Of a stretch of 49,037 nucleotides of DNA, positions 44,272 to 49,037 are shown piece by piece. A model generated the notes under the pieces. The model made no database searches. It saw nothing but the letters and a program-made list of their open reading frames with translations, and was not told where the DNA came from. The DNA is from Chloroflexota bacterium (GTDB lineage Archaea > Iainarchaeota > Iainarchaeia > Iainarchaeales > GCA-2688035), in the NCBI GenBank assembly GCA_017610335.1, contig JAFCCG010000023.1, positions 1 to 49,037 of the forward strand, given 5' to 3'. A program made the translations under genes and the position numbers. Each line of letters starts with the position of its first letter. The first letter of the stretch is position 1.

Positions 44272-45210
44272 ATGAACGAGAAAAAAGCCAAAGGATTTGC
44301 ATTTTTCCAAAATTACAAAAAAATGTTAAAGGACGTGAAATTCAAAATCCCCGGAAGTGTATGGGTATTTACTTCAACAGTAGCAGCAATAGGGGCAGCA
44401 ATAACAATCTTTGCAGTAATTGCATTGTTTGAATTACCTATTTCACCACTTGTAGCATTTGTTATATTCCTTGTTGTATTAGACACCATACTTGGATATC
44501 CTTACATGCTTGCAATGAAAAGAATAAATGCAATAGAAGAAGCATTGCCTGATGCATTAAAACAATTGGCTGACACACTAAAAGCCGGCGGAACATACGA
44601 ATATGGTTTGAGAGAAATTGCAACAGCGGAATACGGACCACTAAGTATTGAAATGGAAAATGTTTTGAGAAAAATGGAAGAAGGAGAAAACATGGAAGAC
44701 AGTCTTTCAAGCTTTACCGAAAACATTGACTCAACACTTGTAAGGCGAACAGTTGCAATAATAAACGATGCAATAAAAGCAGGAGCAGGATTAGCAGACG
44801 TACTTGACGAAATAGCCGACGATGTAAGAGCACTTCACAGAATAGGACGGGAAAGAATTTCAGGAACAATGCTGCAGGTAATTTTTATTGTTGTAGCAGG
44901 TGCAGTGGTTGCACCAATCATAATGGGAATGGTTACAACAGTTATAGAATTACTAATTACAGTTTCGGCAGGAATTGTAAAAACAAAATTTGAAATAGTA
45001 CAGGCAATAGAAACAAAAGACATGATAGTAATACTAATGCAAATTTATCTCGTAATAGAAGTTATTGCAGCAGGAGCAATGATTGCACTTACAAGAGAAG
45101 GAAAAATAAACAAAAGTCTTATATACATCCCAGTCCTTTTGTTAATAGCATTTGTCTGCTATTACCTCGCAGTATTTGCTTCAGGACTTATGATTGGAGG
45201 AGTAGCATAA
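44272..45210 (+). CDS. T2SSF-domain pilus platform protein (FlaJ/TadC-like), second copy
   Basis: 312 aa. EEALPDALKQLADTLKAGGTYEYGLREIA and LVRRTVAIINDAIKAGAGLADVLDEIADDV, plus flanking TM helices. Confidence 0.8.
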   Translation: MNEKKAKGFAFFQNYKKMLKDVKFKIPGSVWVFTSTVAAIGAAITIFAVIALFELPISPLVAFVIFLVVLDTILGYPYMLAMKRINAIEEALPDALKQLADTLKAGGTYEYGLREIATAEYGPLSIEMENVLRKMEEGENMEDSLSSFTENIDSTLVRRTVAIINDAIKAGAGLADVLDEIADDVRALHRIGRERISGTMLQVIFIVVAGAVVAPIIMGMVTTVIELLITVSAGIVKTKFEIVQAIETKDMIVILMQIYLVIEVIAAGAMIALTREGKINKSLIYIPVLLLIAFVCYYLAVFASGLMIGGVA

Positions 45211-45223
45211 CAAGGTGATAGGG

Positions 45224-45388
45224 ATGAGTTTTTTAAAAGAAGAACGAGCACAAGGAAGCATTGAAATGCTTGTATTAATTGCAGGCGCAATAGTGCTAGT
45301 AAGTATTGTTGGGGTATTACTCAAAAATGCCGCAGCACAAGCTGCAAATCAAGCAAATATACAGGCAGGAACAGCAACAACCCCTTAA
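45224..45388 (+). CDS. small archaeal type IV pilin (54 aa)
   Basis: Hand translation: MSFLKEERAQG|SIEMLVLIAGAIVLVSIVGVLL... GGTGAT SD lies 4 nt upstream. Confidence 0.65.
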   Translation: MSFLKEERAQGSIEMLVLIAGAIVLVSIVGVLLKNAAAQAANQANIQAGTATTP

Positions 45389-45459
45389 AAGAAAAGTTTA
45401 TAAATTACAAAAACGAAATAAAATACAATTAAAACAAAAACTCAAGGAGGTAAAATGAA

Positions 45460-45744
45460 ATGAATATAAAAGGCCAAGGTGCATTGGAGTACTTGCTTCT
45501 AATCGGAGGCGCAGTACTAGTAGCAGCAATAGTAATAGCACTTGTAACAGGAATACCAGGTTCAACACCTGACCCAGGGGCAAACGTACGATGCGCAAAC
45601 CACAGTCAGTTCGCAGTATGTAATGCGGATGTAGGATTTGTTAGCGGTGCTGGCACTTGGGACTGTGTTGCAAAACAGATAGATGGTTTAACTGATGCAA
45701 CAGCCCAAGCCGATATGGGAAGTTGTGTTGCAGTTAGTGCATAA
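45460..45744 (+). CDS. archaeal type IV pilin, likely major subunit
   Basis: 94 aa. MNIKGQG|ALEYLLLIGGAVLVAAIVIAL. AAGGAGG SD 9 nt upstream, the strongest SD I saw in the window. Four Cys in the C-terminal globular part. Confidence 0.75.
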   Translation: MNIKGQGALEYLLLIGGAVLVAAIVIALVTGIPGSTPDPGANVRCANHSQFAVCNADVGFVSGAGTWDCVAKQIDGLTDATAQADMGSCVAVSA

Positions 45745-45764
45745 CAGTAATAAAGTGATTTTCC

Positions 45765-45938
45765 ATGGACAACAAAGCGCAGGTTTCAATAGAGTATTTG
45801 TTACTGGCGTTGTTTGGAATAACGCTTGCAATGATTGCAGCAATGCTTATTGACGGAATCAGTGCAGTTGCACAGACGGCACAGGGAAGAATCCTTGAGT
45901 ACAGAAGCCAGACAATCGCTTCTTTGTTAAGAAGCTAA
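45765..45938 (+). CDS. small archaeal type IV pilin (57 aa)
   Basis: Hand translation: MDNKAQ|VSIEYLLLALFGITLAMIAAMLI... A GTGAT SD-like motif lies upstream. Confidence 0.6.
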   Translation: MDNKAQVSIEYLLLALFGITLAMIAAMLIDGISAVAQTAQGRILEYRSQTIASLLRS

Positions 45939-45953
45939 CAAGGGGTTAAAAAA

Positions 45954-47072
45954 ATGACTCCTTATCTTTTTTTCTTTTTTATTTCAATTGCAGGTCTTGC
46001 CTATGGCACCTATACTGATTTTAAAGAAAGAATGATAAGCAATTGGATAACATACGGAATGGTAGTTATTGGAATTGCAGGATATGCAATTGTTTCATTT
46101 ATTGCAAACGACTGGATGATATTAGGAACAGTAATTGCAGTAACAGCCATAACATTTGCAGCTGCATACGGACTTTACAAAATGGGAGTATGGGCAGGCG
46201 GAGATGTAAAACTCTTCGCAGGACTTGCTGCCTTAAACCCAGTAAACCCGGCAATTCTTTCAAGACTTGGAATGATTTCACTACCTGTTTTTGCCCCAAT
46301 AAGCATTCCAATATTTCCACTGACACTTTTTATCTTCAGCCTTTTTGCAATGCTTCCATATGGTGCAATTCTTGCAGGAACAAAGCTTTTGAAAAACAAA
46401 AAAGAAAAGAAAAAATTCAAACAGGATTTCAAAAAAAGATTAATTGAAATAATTGAACTTGCAGCCCTTGCAATAGGATTTGGTTCAATCCTTCCATTCT
46501 TTGGAATAACACCCTGGCTTGTACTCCCATTACTTTTTGTTTCAATGTTTATTCCAAAAAAACCAAGAGCAGTAGTGGCAGGAATTGTATTGATTACAGC
46601 ACTAGGGATTAATACAGTAACTGCAACAGAAGAGTTTGCAATTCTGTTCTGTTTCCTTCTTGGAACATGGTTTTTGCTAAAACTTTATTCTCTTTCAAAA
46701 ATTTTGATGAGAAAGCCAATAAAAATTGAAGAACTTGAAGAAGGCATGATTTCAGGACAAACCATTGTACAAAATGGAAAAACTGTCGAAATTGTTGAAG
46801 AAATGGGAATGAAAAAATTAATTAAGTACTTTGTATCAAATAGATTTGGTAAAGCAATTGAAGCAATGCAGCCAAAGGGAAAAGAAATAATTTCAAGCAG
46901 GTCTGCCGCAGGACTTGAAGAAAAACAAATAAGCAAACTCAAAGAGCTTGCAAAAAAAGGAAAAATTCCTGGCAGATTACTTGTAAAAGAAAGCGCTCCC
47001 TTTGTCCCCGCAGTCTTGATTGCATACATAGCATTAAACATAATAGGAGATGTGATTTGGCTTTGGATATAG
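45954..47072 (+). CDS. A24-family prepilin/preflagellin peptidase (PibD/FlaK-like) with an inserted soluble segment
   Basis: 372 aa. First catalytic Asp in GTYTDFKERMISN, second in WAGGDVKLFAGL (GxGD). C-terminal APFVPAVLIAY resembles the terminal PFxP helix. Confidence 0.8.
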   Translation: MTPYLFFFFISIAGLAYGTYTDFKERMISNWITYGMVVIGIAGYAIVSFIANDWMILGTVIAVTAITFAAAYGLYKMGVWAGGDVKLFAGLAALNPVNPAILSRLGMISLPVFAPISIPIFPLTLFIFSLFAMLPYGAILAGTKLLKNKKEKKKFKQDFKKRLIEIIELAALAIGFGSILPFFGITPWLVLPLLFVSMFIPKKPRAVVAGIVLITALGINTVTATEEFAILFCFLLGTWFLLKLYSLSKILMRKPIKIEELEEGMISGQTIVQNGKTVEIVEEMGMKKLIKYFVSNRFGKAIEAMQPKGKEIISSRSAAGLEEKQISKLKELAKKGKIPGRLLVKESAPFVPAVLIAYIALNIIGDVIWLWI

Positions 47073-47554
47073 GAAGAAAAGGACAGGTAAGTATTGAATT
47101 TATTTTAATTGTAACAATTGCATTATTTTACATAATAACTGTTGTATGGCCAATTGTTAATGAATCAATAACCGCATCAGAAGACGTTCAAGACATTTCA
47201 GCCACAAAAATTTCAGCAATGAAAATAGCAAATGCACTAAACGAAGCAGAATCATCAAATGGCAATATGAAAAAAACTATAAGCATTTTATTACCTAACA
47301 AGGCAATAATTTCTTGTGACGGAAGTAATACAATTGTATTAACCGCATATGTTGATGCAAGCGGTGGAAACCCTGACGAAATAAATTGTGTTTCAGGCGA
47401 AGATACAGGCGCACCCGACTTTACACTCCTCAATTACGAATGTGAGTCCAGCATAGACCTTATTACAGGAGCAGGGGTACCATTCAACATCACAGGCCCA
47501 ATATTCAAAGATTTTGTGGTTGAAAAAAATGACATCGGAATTTCCGTGAGCTGA
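47057..47554 (+). CDS. pilin-like protein (class III signal peptide)
   Basis: 165 aa, TTG start with AGGAGA 7 nt upstream. ..GRKGQ|VSIEFILIVTIALFYIITVV. Overlaps the peptidase gene by 16 nt. Confidence 0.65.
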   Translation: MALDIGRKGQVSIEFILIVTIALFYIITVVWPIVNESITASEDVQDISATKISAMKIANALNEAESSNGNMKKTISILLPNKAIISCDGSNTIVLTAYVDASGGNPDEINCVSGEDTGAPDFTLLNYECESSIDLITGAGVPFNITGPIFKDFVVEKNDIGISVS

Positions 47555-47559
47555 AGCCA

Positions 47560-47934
47560 ATGAAAAAAGAAAAAGGACAGGTGAGCATTGAAACATTACT
47601 TCTCGCAGGCATTATCATAATGATGTCTATAAGCATCTTTGGGTACTATACAAGAATAATGGATTCTACAACAGCCATTGAAGTTGTGAGAGTTGAAACA
47701 CTTAAGCAACTTGATGCAGTGGAAAAACAATATTATATAACAGAAATTGCAAACAAGCTAACAAATGAATGTGAAACAGGAAATGTGGTGAGTAATGCCT
47801 GCTTTTGTATAATGCTTAACCCAGGAGACAATGTTCTTGTCCCAAGCGAAATAAGCGATGTTGTAGAAGAATTAACAAATTACCCTGTTGGAAGTGTTGT
47901 TATTACCCAAAATAACAAAGACAACTGCACCTAA
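47560..47934 (+). CDS. pilin-like protein (class III signal peptide)
   Basis: 124 aa. MKKEKGQ|VSIETLLLAGIIIMMSISIFG. Confidence 0.65.
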   Translation: MKKEKGQVSIETLLLAGIIIMMSISIFGYYTRIMDSTTAIEVVRVETLKQLDAVEKQYYITEIANKLTNECETGNVVSNACFCIMLNPGDNVLVPSEISDVVEELTNYPVGSVVITQNNKDNCT

Positions 47935-47996
47935 CTTTCGTTAAAAAACGAAAAAAGAAAACTTTTTTTAAGCACAGGCAAAGCCAAGCCTGAAAT

Positions 47997-48350
47997 ATGG
48001 AACAGGAAAAAATTGCACTAATTGCATTGCTTGCGTCAGTTACAGGAATTTTGCTTCTTTTTGCAATGGCTCAATCTATTGAACCAAAGGAAATGAAAAT
48101 TCAGGAAATTACTATTGAAGAAGAGGGCTTGCAGGTAAAAATAAATGCAAGAGTTGAAGAATTCAGCCAAAGGCAGGGCATTGCATTTATGCAATTGTAT
48201 GATGGAACAGGAAAAATAAAAGCAATTGCATTTGAAGCAAAAAAATTTCCAGAACTTAGAAAAGGAATGCTTGCAGGCTTTGAGGGAAAAATTCAAATTT
48301 ACAAAGGAGAACTTGAGCTTGTAGTAGAAAAGGTGAATGAATGGAAATAA
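47997..48350 (+). CDS. membrane-anchored OB-fold protein
   Basis: 117 aa. N-terminal TM, then an OB-like segment (VKINARVEEFSQRQGIAFMQLYDGTGKIKAIAFE...FEGKIQIYKGELELVV). Confidence 0.55.
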   Translation: MEQEKIALIALLASVTGILLLFAMAQSIEPKEMKIQEITIEEEGLQVKINARVEEFSQRQGIAFMQLYDGTGKIKAIAFEAKKFPELRKGMLAGFEGKIQIYKGELELVVEKVNEWK

Positions 48351-49037
48351 GCCTTCTTCTTGCAGCCTTTGGAGGATGCTTTTTTGGGATTTTAACAGGA
48401 CTTGTTCCAGGACTGCATGTCAACACAATTTCACTAATTGCACTAACAATTCCTTTAGACAGCCAGTTCTTTATTGTGTTCATTGCCTGCATGAGTGTGG
48501 TCCACACTTTTGCAGGAATTGCTGCACTTGCAATTTCACCATTTTTTGTTGCAATGATAGGCAATGGATATGGAATTGTTGCAACAGCAATTCCTTTTGC
48601 ACTAATTGCAATCCTTGCTTCAATGATTTTAACAGAAAAAAGACAAAAAATAATATGGGTGATTGCAATTGTTGCAGCAAGCGGATTGCTTGGATTGCTT
48701 GCATTAAACAGCAGCATTGCATTAAAAGAGCCCTTGTTTTGTCTGGCAACAGGTTTTTTCGGAGCAAGCACTTTAATCAATAGCATAATCAAAAAACCGG
48801 CAATGGTAAAACAAATTGAAGAAAAAATTTGCATCAAAAAAAGCAATGCAGTAAAAGGAACACTTCTTGCGATTGCAGGAGGAGGACTTGTTTCAATACT
48901 CCCAGGAATTGGCGCAAGTCAGGCAGCATTTATTACAAGAAAAGCAGTTGGAAAAATGAAACAGGAAGAATACCTTATTCTTTTAGGCGGAGTAAACACG
49001 GCAACAATGATTTTTTCATTCTTTGTACTGTTTGCAG
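48341..49037 (+). CDS. TctA/DUF112-like integral membrane protein, partial (runs off the right edge)
   Basis: Hand translation: MEISLLLAAFGGCFFGILTGLVPGLHVNTISL...GGLVSILPGIGASQAAFI... (repeated G-x-x-PG-hydrophobic motifs). AAGGTGA SD 4 nt upstream. Open to the window end, so absent from the track. Confidence 0.55.
   Translation, partial: MEISLLLAAFGGCFFGILTGLVPGLHVNTISLIALTIPLDSQFFIVFIACMSVVHTFAGIAALAISPFFVAMIGNGYGIVATAIPFALIAILASMILTEKRQKIIWVIAIVAASGLLGLLALNSSIALKEPLFCLATGFFGASTLINSIIKKPAMVKQIEEKICIKKSNAVKGTLLAIAGGGLVSILPGIGASQAAFITRKAVGKMKQEEYLILLGGVNTATMIFSFFVLFA

Noticed and set aside
45455-45463. ATG at 45455 upstream of the major pilin start
   Set aside because: It reads ATG AAA TGA, an immediate stop. 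The in-frame pilin start is ATG 45460, at proper spacing from the AAGGAGG.

Overview
AT-rich, tightly packed archaeal chromosome segment. Archaeal markers: two-subunit archaeal PheRS, RFC large and small subunits, Orc1/Cdc6, CDC48, Nob1-like and NreA-like proteins, and many class III (prepilin-type) signal peptides. The compactness, many small membrane or secreted proteins and reduced metabolism suggest a DPANN-type genome, but that is inference only. All family calls come from motifs read by eye in the ORF translations; no database search was run. Housekeeping content: pheS/pheT, thrS, rfcL, rfcS, orc1/cdc6, topA, a YchF-like GTPase, an endonuclease IV-like protein, an S2P protease, two Lrp-like regulators and a spermidine-synthase fusion. 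Accessory content: (1) a CDC48/VCP gene interrupted by a 493-codon LAGLIDADG intein in the D2 ATPase domain. (2) A complete archaeal type IV pilus locus at 41.4-47.9 kb (ATPase, two platform genes of which one is frameshifted, prepilin peptidase, five pilin-like genes), plus a second cluster of six pilin-like genes at 17.4-19.8 kb flanked by a membrane-anchored wHTH regulator and an S2P protease. (3) A perfect 18-bp x 6.4 tandem repeat of TATA-like units in a divergent promoter, abutting a start codon. (4) Two VapBC-like PIN modules. (5) Several tandemly duplicated small-protein modules of unknown function. I found no rRNA, tRNA or CRISPR array. Five small CDSs and two edge-truncated CDSs missing from the ORF track were translated by hand.
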